A DNA stretch of 25,626 nt, taken from assembly GCA_051382305.1 (NCBI GenBank), contig JBBCAV010000139.1, positions 1 to 25,626 of the forward strand, in the 5' to 3' direction. A program made the translations under genes and the position numbers. Shown piece after piece: positions 17,632-25,626 of this stretch. The notes beneath the pieces were generated by a model, which was not told the origin of the DNA, made no database searches, and worked only from the letters and a program-made list of their open reading frames with translations. The stretch is from Bdellovibrionota bacterium FG-2. GTDB lineage: Bacteria; Bdellovibrionota; UBA1018. Every line of letters begins with the position of its first letter. The stretch's first letter is position 1.

Positions 17632-18519
17632 TTGATCAACTCGTCTGCGAAATCTTTTTTGGTGACGGGCGCTACAGGATTCTTAGGGAGCCACTTGGTG
17701 GCGCGTCTATTGAGTGAGGGAATGTCGGTGGTCGTACTTAAGCGCCGGCAATCAGACTTGCGAAGGCTGGCTGCTGTTGAAGCTAACCTCGTTTTTTATA
17801 ATTGGGAAGAAACTCGTCTTTCTGATATTTTTGCTCGGCATTCTTTTGAGGCGGTCCTTCATTGTGCAACCGATTACGGCCGAAAAAACGCGTTCCCGTT
17901 ACGCCTCTTGGAAGCGAATCTCCTTTTGCCTTTGGAGTTGCTCGAGCTTGCCGCTCGTGCTCAGGTTCCTTCTTTTATTAATACGGATACAATTTTGGAC
18001 AAAGGGGTGAGTCATTATTCGCTTTCAAAGAAGCAATTCTTGGATTGGCTCAAGAATTATTCCTCCGAGATTCGGTGCGTGAACGTGGCGTTGGAGCATT
18101 TTTACGGCCCGGGCGATGATGAAACTAAATTTGTTTCAGCGATGACAAAGCGTATTTTTCGGGGGGAGCAGATTGCCCTCACTGCGGGTGAGCAGAAACG
18201 GGATTTTATTTATTTTGAAGATGTTGTAGAGGCCTTTTCGGTGATTTGGGGTCACGTCAGGAGTGAAGCTAAGGGCTTTTCACATTTTGAGGTCGGAAGC
18301 GGCGTGAGTACTAAAATTCGTGCACTGCTGGAGTTGATCGTCAAACTTGGGGGAGTGCAAAAAACTTCTTTGGATTTTGGTGCCCTTCCTTATCGGGCAA
18401 ATGAGGTCATGGAGTCGCAAGTGAATCTCTCGGCGTTACTTGCTTTGGGGTGGCGGCCCAAAGTGTCTTTGGAGGAGGGGTTAGGGAGAATGCTTAAGCA
18501 AGAAGGGATGATCGCATGA
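17632..18519 (+). CDS. NAD-dependent epimerase/reductase, CDP-paratose (or abequose) synthase-like
   Basis: GATGFLG, YSLSK, EHFYGPGD, GEQKRDFIY and FGALPYR. Coupled by ATGA to the tyvelose epimerase gene, as prt-tyv are in enterobacteria. Confidence 0.75.
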   Translation: MINSSAKSFLVTGATGFLGSHLVARLLSEGMSVVVLKRRQSDLRRLAAVEANLVFYNWEETRLSDIFARHSFEAVLHCATDYGRKNAFPLRLLEANLLLPLELLELAARAQVPSFINTDTILDKGVSHYSLSKKQFLDWLKNYSSEIRCVNVALEHFYGPGDDETKFVSAMTKRIFRGEQIALTAGEQKRDFIYFEDVVEAFSVIWGHVRSEAKGFSHFEVGSGVSTKIRALLELIVKLGGVQKTSLDFGALPYRANEVMESQVNLSALLALGWRPKVSLEEGLGRMLKQEGMIA

Positions 18520-19541
18520 AAGTTTTTATCACGGGTGGGTGTGGGTTTGTCGGGGCGAATCTTGCGTCAGAAGTTTTTAGGCGTAAAGAGGACTGTGTGG
18601 TCGTCGATAACCTTTCGCGCTTTGGGAGTGCGGAGAACCTTAATTGGCTGAAGTCTCTACCCTGTGCAGGGAGATTTAATTTTCATCACCTCGATACGCG
18701 GAGCTTCTCCGACATTGATTTGATCATCCAAAAAGAAAAGCCCGATGTGATTTTTCATTTGGCGGGTCAAGTTGCGATGACGACTTCGATCGCGAATCCT
18801 AGACTTGACTTCGAAACGAATGTGATGGGGACCCACAACCTTCTCGAAGCGGTCCGAAAACATACGCCGAAAGCGACCGTGGTTTATTCTTCGACTAACA
18901 AGGTATACGGCGATCTCGAGGATTATGGCTACGAAGAGAAACTCCTTCGGTATGAGGCAAAAGGTTTTCCGAAAGGTTTTGATGAATCCGTGGGGCTCAA
19001 TTTTCGGTCCCCTTATGGTTGTTCAAAGGGGGCCGCGGATCAGTATATGCTCGATTATGCCCGCATTTTTGGGCTCAATACGGTCGTCTTTCGTCACTCT
19101 TCGATTTTTGGCGGTCGTCAGTTTAGCACTTTTGATCAGGGTTGGATTGGGTGGTTTGTCACCAAGGCCCTTGAGGCGAAAGGGGGGGGCAAAGATTGCT
19201 TTACCATCTCAGGAAACGGCAAACAGGTGCGCGATGTGCTTTTTGCCTCAGACTTGATTGATTGCTACTTCGGTGCGGCAAGCGCAATCGAAAAGGTCCG
19301 TGGGCAGGCTTTCAATATTGGCGGCGGAATGGAAAACAGTCTGTCGTTGCTGGAACTTTTTTCGTTTTTGGAGTCAAAGCTCGGAGTGAAGCTCAATTAT
19401 GAGAAACTCCCTTGGCGCCAAAGTGATCAAAAAGTTTTTGTGGCAGATATTGGTAAGGCAAAGAGGCTCTTCGGTTGGGTGCCAAAGGTTTCGAAAGAAA
19501 CGGGTCTAGAAAAAATGATTGATTGGGTGGCGCGTTTATAG
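18516..19541 (+). CDS. rfbE: CDP-paratose 2-epimerase (CDP-tyvelose epimerase)
   Basis: ITGGCGFVG, FHLAGQVAMTTSI, YSSTNKVYGDL and SPYGCSKGAADQYMLDYARIFGLNTVVFRHSS..GGRQF...DQGW are characteristic of Tyv/RfbE. Confidence 0.88.
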   Translation: MKVFITGGCGFVGANLASEVFRRKEDCVVVDNLSRFGSAENLNWLKSLPCAGRFNFHHLDTRSFSDIDLIIQKEKPDVIFHLAGQVAMTTSIANPRLDFETNVMGTHNLLEAVRKHTPKATVVYSSTNKVYGDLEDYGYEEKLLRYEAKGFPKGFDESVGLNFRSPYGCSKGAADQYMLDYARIFGLNTVVFRHSSIFGGRQFSTFDQGWIGWFVTKALEAKGGGKDCFTISGNGKQVRDVLFASDLIDCYFGAASAIEKVRGQAFNIGGGMENSLSLLELFSFLESKLGVKLNYEKLPWRQSDQKVFVADIGKAKRLFGWVPKVSKETGLEKMIDWVARL

Positions 19542-19555
19542 CGCGCCAAAACGGC

Positions 19556-20554
19556 TCACCGCTTTCGGGCGACGACAATGAGACTTCCCCCACGGTTCAA
19601 CGCTACCGCTAAAATATTTTCAATGATCGCGAGGGGAAGTAACAATACGCTTCCCGCTAGGTAGCCTAGATATCGGGCGAACGCAGGCAGACGTTTTTGC
19701 GTGACAGTGTTTTGTTTTTTGAGAATTTGATACCACTCATTCGCCGGGCGCCAGAAAAGCAGCGAATTGAATGCACTTTGGATGAATCCGAATATGTTTT
19801 GATCCCAGCCTTGAGTGTCCACGCTGAGGATTTCAAATCCATGCTGATTCAGTAAAGAGAGAAGGGCCCCTTTGGGAAAATGGTAGAGGTGCCGAGGCAA
19901 GTCCAGGTGAAACCAATTCTTTCGAAAAATTCGGCTTTGAAAGCTCTTGAAGTGCGGCACTGCAATCATTAAAGTTCCGCCCATATTAAGAAGTTCATGA
20001 CAGCGGGCGAGAGTTTGAGAGGGCTTGCGAACATGCTCAAAAACATGCCAGATCGAGATTCCATCAAAGCTCCCTAATGCAAGAGGGAGGGTTTCCACTT
20101 CGCCGGTAAGAAACTGCGGTTGGCCGGGTAGCGGCGCGGCGGGGGGCTCCGGAAAAGTTGAGAGTTCAACGCCGGTGCATTGGTAGCCTTCTTTGGCCAG
20201 AGTTTTTAAAAAGGTCCCTCTGCCGCAGCCGATATCGAGGATGCGTGTTTCTTTGGGATTATGATGAGGCAGGAACCGTAGCATTCGGGAAGCGCGGATT
20301 TTGTTTTCAATCTTCGTCAGGGTTTCAATCAGAGGATTGAACTTTGCTTTGGCGGTTCCGTAATAGGCAGGCGAATAATACTTGGAGAGAACCTCAGGCG
20401 TGGGGAGCGGTTGAATCTGCGTGACCACACAATGGGCGCACTGGTAAAGGTCAAACTCCCGGGGGTCGTTACCCATCGGAGGGTCAAAGCTGGGGGCTTT
20501 GTAAAGCAGTTTTGAATTCTTTTTGCCGCAGACGCCGCATTCATAAGTTGCCAT
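19556..20554 (-). CDS. Class I SAM-dependent methyltransferase with N-terminal Zn ribbon
   Basis: CGVC...CAHC, ILDIGCGRG, WHVFEH and HLDLPRHLYHF. RBS GGAG. Confidence 0.85.
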   Translation of the reverse strand: MATYECGVCGKKNSKLLYKAPSFDPPMGNDPREFDLYQCAHCVVTQIQPLPTPEVLSKYYSPAYYGTAKAKFNPLIETLTKIENKIRASRMLRFLPHHNPKETRILDIGCGRGTFLKTLAKEGYQCTGVELSTFPEPPAAPLPGQPQFLTGEVETLPLALGSFDGISIWHVFEHVRKPSQTLARCHELLNMGGTLMIAVPHFKSFQSRIFRKNWFHLDLPRHLYHFPKGALLSLLNQHGFEILSVDTQGWDQNIFGFIQSAFNSLLFWRPANEWYQILKKQNTVTQKRLPAFARYLGYLAGSVLLLPLAIIENILAVALNRGGSLIVVARKR

Positions 20555-20589
20555 TGTCGCTCCAGCTTAGCAGGATAAAACTTTGTTGA

Positions 20590-22101
20590 TCAATAGACTT
20601 CTTTGATCCCTTTGTAACACACTTGCCTCGTCGCCCATATTTTGCTCGGGAACTCAATCCTTTCGCTGAATTCCCCCTTGTAAGCGTTTTGAGAATGTCC
20701 GAACCAGCATCCGGAAAGTTGTTTCCCTTGAGTCGAATATTTGGAAACGGGCTTCCAGTTGTAATCCGTGAAATTCAGCGCGATTTGATCACCCGTGAAA
20801 TAGCGAATCGGCCAGTAGTTCCAGAAGTTTTCCGCATAGGCCACGCAGCGTGAAGGGGGGCAGTTCTTTGAGAGCCACCGCGCCGATTGAAGGTAGGGGT
20901 CGGGCGCTTTCAGATCCACAAGCAGCGGAGTAAAAAATCTCATGAATTGAACTCCAAAAAAAAGACCCAATAGCCCACCCCATATGGCTTTCTTGAGTCT
21001 ATTATAACGACTCATGGTCTCAGTGAGGCCATCGGCTTGGAGCACAATCCAGCCAGGAACGAGACTTAGCAGATATCGTTCGTTTCCATGTATGTGAAGG
21101 CTCCTGCCACGCAAACACAGGATTACGACGATCAAAGTTGCAAGGGATTGCCCAAGCCAAAGCAAGCACATCGTTTGATCGTAGGGGGTCTTGCGCGCAA
21201 TACGCCTCCTCAAACCAGAGAAGAGGATGAAGAGGACGCTGGTAAAAACGATGACCTGCAAAAAAATAGGGGCCCAGTCATTTTGGAGCCAGAAGTCGAA
21301 GGGTTGAAATCCTGTGATGATGTTGACCATGGAGCGTATTTGGAGAAAAATCGTTCCCCCGTCGCCGCCTCCTCCCGCCACAGGTGGCGGATAGTTTCGA
21401 AGTTCTGGATACGACAAGATTAGAAAAAGACACGCGGCTTGGATAAAACGTTGTGGATGAAGTCTTCGGATAATGACCGGCAACATGGGCATCAGCACGG
21501 CCAAAACCCCAATCGGAGCCGTGGCGTGGACTTGCATCGCGAGCCCACAGATTATGGCTAGTCGGAAAAGACGAGGCTCGCCGCTTGATTGGAGGGTGCG
21601 AACGGTTCTGAGGGATTCGCTTAGAAGGAGTGAGAAAACCCCAAGAAGCAGAGTTTGGGGATAACCGATGTGGGAATAGACCAAAACGACGGGGGTGAGG
21701 GCGGTCAAGATGAGGGTGTTGAGCGCAAGTCTTTCTGACCATTTTTTGACTTCGTTAAAAAGAACATAAAAACAGCCCCAGTTGAAAAGAAGTGGGGCGA
21801 TTCGAATCATCCAGGCTTGCGCCTCAAGTTTAAAAATTTGAGTCAGAAGGACGTAGGGCCCCGAAAGTATCCAAAAGTCCGTGGGTCCCTCGTAATCGAT
21901 TACCGGATTGAGCGCAGGGAGGTGCCCCCCTAGAATTCTGTGAATTTCTTCGAGGACTAGGACATACATTCCTTCATCACCGCTCAGTCCCGGCGCATTA
22001 AGTGTGAGGAGTTGAAAAAGTAGGGTGAGGCCTGTCGTCGCAAGCGCAGCAATCCAGAGGGGGCGAAGGGGCGAGGCATGGGATGGGGTGCGGGTTGTCA
22101 T
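20590..22101 (-). CDS. Polytopic membrane glycosyltransferase (GT-C, ArnT/PMT-like)
   Basis: First TM followed by SGDEGMY, many hydrophobic segments, ERYLL and a soluble C-terminal domain. Confidence 0.65.
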   Translation of the reverse strand: MTTRTPSHASPLRPLWIAALATTGLTLLFQLLTLNAPGLSGDEGMYVLVLEEIHRILGGHLPALNPVIDYEGPTDFWILSGPYVLLTQIFKLEAQAWMIRIAPLLFNWGCFYVLFNEVKKWSERLALNTLILTALTPVVLVYSHIGYPQTLLLGVFSLLLSESLRTVRTLQSSGEPRLFRLAIICGLAMQVHATAPIGVLAVLMPMLPVIIRRLHPQRFIQAACLFLILSYPELRNYPPPVAGGGGDGGTIFLQIRSMVNIITGFQPFDFWLQNDWAPIFLQVIVFTSVLFILFSGLRRRIARKTPYDQTMCLLWLGQSLATLIVVILCLRGRSLHIHGNERYLLSLVPGWIVLQADGLTETMSRYNRLKKAIWGGLLGLFFGVQFMRFFTPLLVDLKAPDPYLQSARWLSKNCPPSRCVAYAENFWNYWPIRYFTGDQIALNFTDYNWKPVSKYSTQGKQLSGCWFGHSQNAYKGEFSERIEFPSKIWATRQVCYKGIKEVY

Positions 22102-22224
22102 TTGGCTACTTTATACCGTCCATCTTATATTTATTCTAGTAACTCATCTAGCTTAAAGCACCGCGTTTGGAAATCTTGCAGTTGTATGGCATGCTTTGGA
22201 CTTTAAGGGGTACAGAAACATTCT

Positions 22225-23931
22225 ATGTTGGATCACGTAACTGGGGGGGCGCTTGCGAGGCTCGAGCGAAAAAGAGGGCAGCTGCTTGAGCAAGTAACTG
22301 ACAATACGCTTGCGGAGTTGCTGCATTCTGAGCAGCATTCCAATCACTATCATGATCAGGTTATTGAGCAACTTTTGGGCGAAGCGCTGTATTCTGAGCG
22401 CGCGCGGATTAGGCGTGATCCTGGGAACATTTTTACGCGCCATCGGACGCAAGCGGACCGGGCGCTGTGGAATTCCGTTCATTCGTCCCTGTTGAAGCCG
22501 AGTGCCGAGTGTGACCGCAAGGAGCTTTTGAAGAGGGCGATTGCCCACTTTTCCGAGGAAATTGGCGGTCATTTTGATCCGCGGATCTATCGCTTTTCGA
22601 CCGCGGTAATCCCTTGGGGTTTTCGGTGGCTTTTGAATGCGGCCAGTGTGCAGCATTTTAAGCCTTGGGGCTTAACGGAGTCTATTCAATCAAGGATTAA
22701 GCTGGTGGGCGAGGTTCCTCAACTTAAACGGCTCTCCGAAAAAGGTACGATTCTCCTGGTTCCGACGCATCAAAGCAACATCGACAGTATTGTGATTGGT
22801 TATCTCATTTTTCTCATGGGGCTTCCGCCTTTTGCCTATGGGGCGGGTCTTAATCTTTTCTCAAATCCGATTTTGAGCTTTTTCATGGGGAGGTTAGGCG
22901 CCTATACGGTGGATCGCAAGAAGTCCAACGCGATCTACAAAGAAACGCTTAAGAACTACAGTACTGAGATTTTGCGCCAAGGCACTCATTCGATCTTTTT
23001 CCCCGGCGCGGGTAGATCTCGAAGTGGGGCCGTTGAGAGTCGGGTGAAGCTTGGGCTCTTGGGTACGGGGTTGGACGCGCAGATTGAGGCGCTACTTTCG
23101 GGTAAGCGAAAAACGAGAGTGTATGTGGTGCCGATGGTCATGAGTTATCACTTTGTTTTGGAGGCAAGTTCTCTCATTGAGGATTACCTTTCGGAAGCCG
23201 GGAAACATCGCTTTATCATTATGGATGATGAGTCCTGGCAGCCGTGGAAAGTGGGCCAATTTTTTTGGCGTTTGTTCTCATCTCAAAGTGCGATCACCGT
23301 GCGAATTGGGCGTGCCCTGGATGTGTTTGGTAATTTTGTCGATGACGAGGGCGAATCCATTGGACCCAATGGAACCTGTATTGATCCCGTGCATTGGCTG
23401 ACGACTTGTGGGGAACTCAAGCATGAGCCTTTGAGGGATAAGGAATACACGCGGGAACTGGGCAACAAACTTGTGGACCGATTCCATCGCGAAAATACTG
23501 TGCTTTCTTCTCATCTTGTGGCCTTTGCCTTTTTTGAAACTTTGAGGAAAAAGTATCCAGATCTAGATTTGTATCGGTTTTTGCGCTTATCTCAGGGCCA
23601 GCGTTCGATTTCTTATTCTGAATTTCTGATGAATGCAGAAGGGATACGGGAAAGTGTGGCGGCATCTGCCTCGCGCGGTGAACTCCATCTGAGTGAGGAG
23701 CTGCAGACATCCCAAACTGAAACTTGGGTGCAGGATGGAATCCGCTATTTGGGTCTTTTGCATGGAGCCCAGGTCGTGCGGTTGGAAAAAGGGGTCGTTT
23801 GGACTGAAGATATGTACCTTCTTTATTATTATCGTAATCGTCTCTCAGGATATGGTCTGTCTTTGAGAGCCCACATCGAGAGTGGAAAAACAGGCCCAGG
23901 AGCACATGACTCAAAAGGATTTTTGGCGTAG
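22225..23931 (+). CDS. Glycerol-3-phosphate acyltransferase family (PlsB-like)
   Basis: Catalytic HxxxxD (PTHQSNID), GAYTVDR and FFPGAGRSRSG. Directly upstream of gpsA. Confidence 0.85.
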   Translation: MLDHVTGGALARLERKRGQLLEQVTDNTLAELLHSEQHSNHYHDQVIEQLLGEALYSERARIRRDPGNIFTRHRTQADRALWNSVHSSLLKPSAECDRKELLKRAIAHFSEEIGGHFDPRIYRFSTAVIPWGFRWLLNAASVQHFKPWGLTESIQSRIKLVGEVPQLKRLSEKGTILLVPTHQSNIDSIVIGYLIFLMGLPPFAYGAGLNLFSNPILSFFMGRLGAYTVDRKKSNAIYKETLKNYSTEILRQGTHSIFFPGAGRSRSGAVESRVKLGLLGTGLDAQIEALLSGKRKTRVYVVPMVMSYHFVLEASSLIEDYLSEAGKHRFIIMDDESWQPWKVGQFFWRLFSSQSAITVRIGRALDVFGNFVDDEGESIGPNGTCIDPVHWLTTCGELKHEPLRDKEYTRELGNKLVDRFHRENTVLSSHLVAFAFFETLRKKYPDLDLYRFLRLSQGQRSISYSEFLMNAEGIRESVAASASRGELHLSEELQTSQTETWVQDGIRYLGLLHGAQVVRLEKGVVWTEDMYLLYYYRNRLSGYGLSLRAHIESGKTGPGAHDSKGFLA

Positions 23932-24937
23932 CAGCCGCATAGCGGTAATGGGGGGCGGAAGTTTTGGGACGGTTTTGGCCAATCAGGTTGCCAAGAACTG
24001 CCGCGAGGTCTTGCTCTATGTGCGGGACGAGGCGCAGGCGCGGGCGATCAATGCGACGCGGAGTAACCCCAAGCACTCCTCAAAGCTTGTCTTGCTTGAG
24101 AACGTGCATGCGCTATCTTCGTTGGAGCGTGTGTTTGCGCGCTCTGAGGGCGGCGTGCAGGGGGTGATTTGGTGTTTGCCCTCTCGGGTGTGTCGCGAGC
24201 AGGCGCGCGTGATGGCGCCGTTTTTTCATGGTGACGAGCTCGTAATTCATACGACAAAAGGGATTGAAGAAGGAACGCTGAAACGGATTTCTGAAGTTTT
24301 AAGAGAAGAACTTCCGATCGCGCGCATTGGAGTGCTCAGTGGTCCCAACTTGTCTGATGAAATCGCCCAAGGGGATCCTGCGGCCACGATGATTGCTTCG
24401 CCGTTTTCAGAAGTCGTTGAGGCGGGGGTTGCGTTGTTTGCCTCTCAGCGTTTTAGGGTCTATGGAGCGACGGATATTGTGGGGGTCGAGTGGGCGGGCA
24501 CATTAAAGAACATCTTGGCCATTGCCTCGGGCGCTTTAGATGCATTGCAGTTGGGTTGGAATGCCCGCGCCATGTTGATTACCCGAGGGTTGGCTGAAAT
24601 GGTTCGTTTTGGGCTCGCCATGGGCGGGGAAGAATCCACTTTCTTGGGGCTTGCAGGGGTGGGGGATTTGCTGGCGACTTGTATGAGTCCTTTGAGTCGA
24701 AATTATCGCGTGGGACATCGGTTAGCGATGGGCGAGAAGCTTGAGAGCATTCTGATTGATTTAATGGGCACCGCAGAAGGGGTTTGGACGACAGCTTCTG
24801 TTCGCGAATTTGCGGCGCAACGCAAAATCTATATGCCGATCACCGAAGGGGTCTATCAGTTGGTGAGTCAGGGGAAATCTTCAACCGAAATCATGACTTC
24901 AATTTTGGGCCGTCCTCCAACGGACGCGGCAATTTAG
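23906..24937 (+). CDS. gpsA: NAD(P)H-dependent glycerol-3-phosphate dehydrogenase
   Basis: GGGSFGT, TKGIE, LSGPN, LKNILAIASG and GVGDLLATC...SRNY. RBS AGGAG before ATG 23906. Confidence 0.95.
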   Translation: MTQKDFWRSSRIAVMGGGSFGTVLANQVAKNCREVLLYVRDEAQARAINATRSNPKHSSKLVLLENVHALSSLERVFARSEGGVQGVIWCLPSRVCREQARVMAPFFHGDELVIHTTKGIEEGTLKRISEVLREELPIARIGVLSGPNLSDEIAQGDPAATMIASPFSEVVEAGVALFASQRFRVYGATDIVGVEWAGTLKNILAIASGALDALQLGWNARAMLITRGLAEMVRFGLAMGGEESTFLGLAGVGDLLATCMSPLSRNYRVGHRLAMGEKLESILIDLMGTAEGVWTTASVREFAAQRKIYMPITEGVYQLVSQGKSSTEIMTSILGRPPTDAAI

Positions 24938-25470
24938 TTCGGATATTTCAGATAATAAATATCTGGAAGATTGCGGCAGCGCTCTTCCAAATCTAATCCA
25001 TAACCCACCAAGAACTGGTCCTCGATGAGGCGACCGACGTATTTGACAGGAACCTCAACCACGCGCTTTGAGGATTTGTCGAGCAGGGTAACGATTTCCA
25101 CCGAAGCGGGGCCCGCTGATTTTAGGCGCTCAAACAGAAACTTTAGAGTACGACCGCTGTCGATGATTTCTTCAACGATCAAAACGTGTTTGCCTCGAAT
25201 ATCGGCCTGAATGTCTTTCAAAATTGTAACGGTCCCGCTGGAGCTGCGGGCTTTGCCGTAGCTGGAGAGCCTAACGAATTCGACCTCCGTTTCCACGTTG
25301 AGGTGCCGAACAAGATCAGACATGAAAATGATGGCCCCTTTGAGCACTCCGACTAAGATGACGGATTTTCCGGCATAATCAGCGTTGATCCGGTTGGCGA
25401 TGGATTGAACTGCCGCATCGATTTCGTGGCGATTGAGATATTTGGTAAAGTTTTTTTCATCAAGTGACAT
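24934..25470 (-). CDS. hpt: Hypoxanthine phosphoribosyltransferase
   Basis: VLKGA..FMSDL, LSSYG, VLIVEEIIDSGRTL, FLVGYGLD and RNLP. Confidence 0.95.
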   Translation of the reverse strand: MSLDEKNFTKYLNRHEIDAAVQSIANRINADYAGKSVILVGVLKGAIIFMSDLVRHLNVETEVEFVRLSSYGKARSSSGTVTILKDIQADIRGKHVLIVEEIIDSGRTLKFLFERLKSAGPASVEIVTLLDKSSKRVVEVPVKYVGRLIEDQFLVGYGLDLEERCRNLPDIYYLKYPN

Positions 25471-25477
25471 GCTCGTT

Positions 25478-25506
25478 ATTATGGCTTGTCGCCCTTATCG
25501 CGGCAA
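25478..25506 (-). promoter_or_regulatory. Sigma-70 promoter of hpt, probably giving a leaderless mRNA
   Basis: TTGCCG-N17-CATAAT, then 7 nt, then the ATG. No Shine-Dalgarno. Confidence 0.65.
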
Positions 25507-25626
25507 CCTAATTCTTGCCCCACCTTGCGGGGCTCCCCATCAAAACGCGGGGGGGGGGGCCGTAGGGGGTGAGGGGGGGGGGGCAAATAAGGGTTTCGCG
25601 CTAAGGGGGCGAAACCAAAAGAAAAA

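Noticed and set aside
19528-19548. Hairpin TGGCGCG-N7-CGCGCCA between convergent genes
   Set aside because: No U-tract follows it on either strand, so it is not called as a terminator.
25545-25626. Long G runs that could form a G-quadruplex, and a GGTTTCGC/GCGAAACC hairpin
   Set aside because: They lie at the extreme end of the sequence, where poly-G and low-quality calls are common artefacts. The hairpin lacks a convincing downstream U-tract on either strand.

Overview
Bacterial chromosomal window, probably from a Bdellovibrionota/deltaproteobacteria-like organism. This is inferred from the rsmD-coaD-aminotransferase order, the ArgRS subtype and the sigma-54 promoters, and is not verified. 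The backbone is housekeeping: rsmD, coaD, an aspartate aminotransferase, PIN-PhoH, valS, a PlsB-like acyltransferase, gpsA and hpt. Surface-related genes include two lipoproteins, a FadL/PorV/TraF-like beta-barrel, a CDP-paratose synthase plus CDP-tyvelose epimerase pair, a Zn-ribbon methyltransferase and a GT-C glycosyltransferase. Notable points: (1) an accessory operon at 10.4-13.7 kb made of an MFS exporter, a divergent ArgRS and a degenerate HIT hydrolase, resembling aminoacyl-adenylate antibiotic resistance or biosynthesis modules. It is cut at a head-to-head junction near 13,650 where two genes lack their 5' ends. (2) An 892-aa protein with an Eco57I/TaqI-like N6-methyltransferase layout but all catalytic motifs eroded. 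(3) A dual-coding tandem-repeat overlap between rsmD and coaD and a probable CTG start for rsmD. (4) Sigma-54 promoters and apparently leaderless genes. No RNA genes, CRISPR arrays or transposases were recognised.
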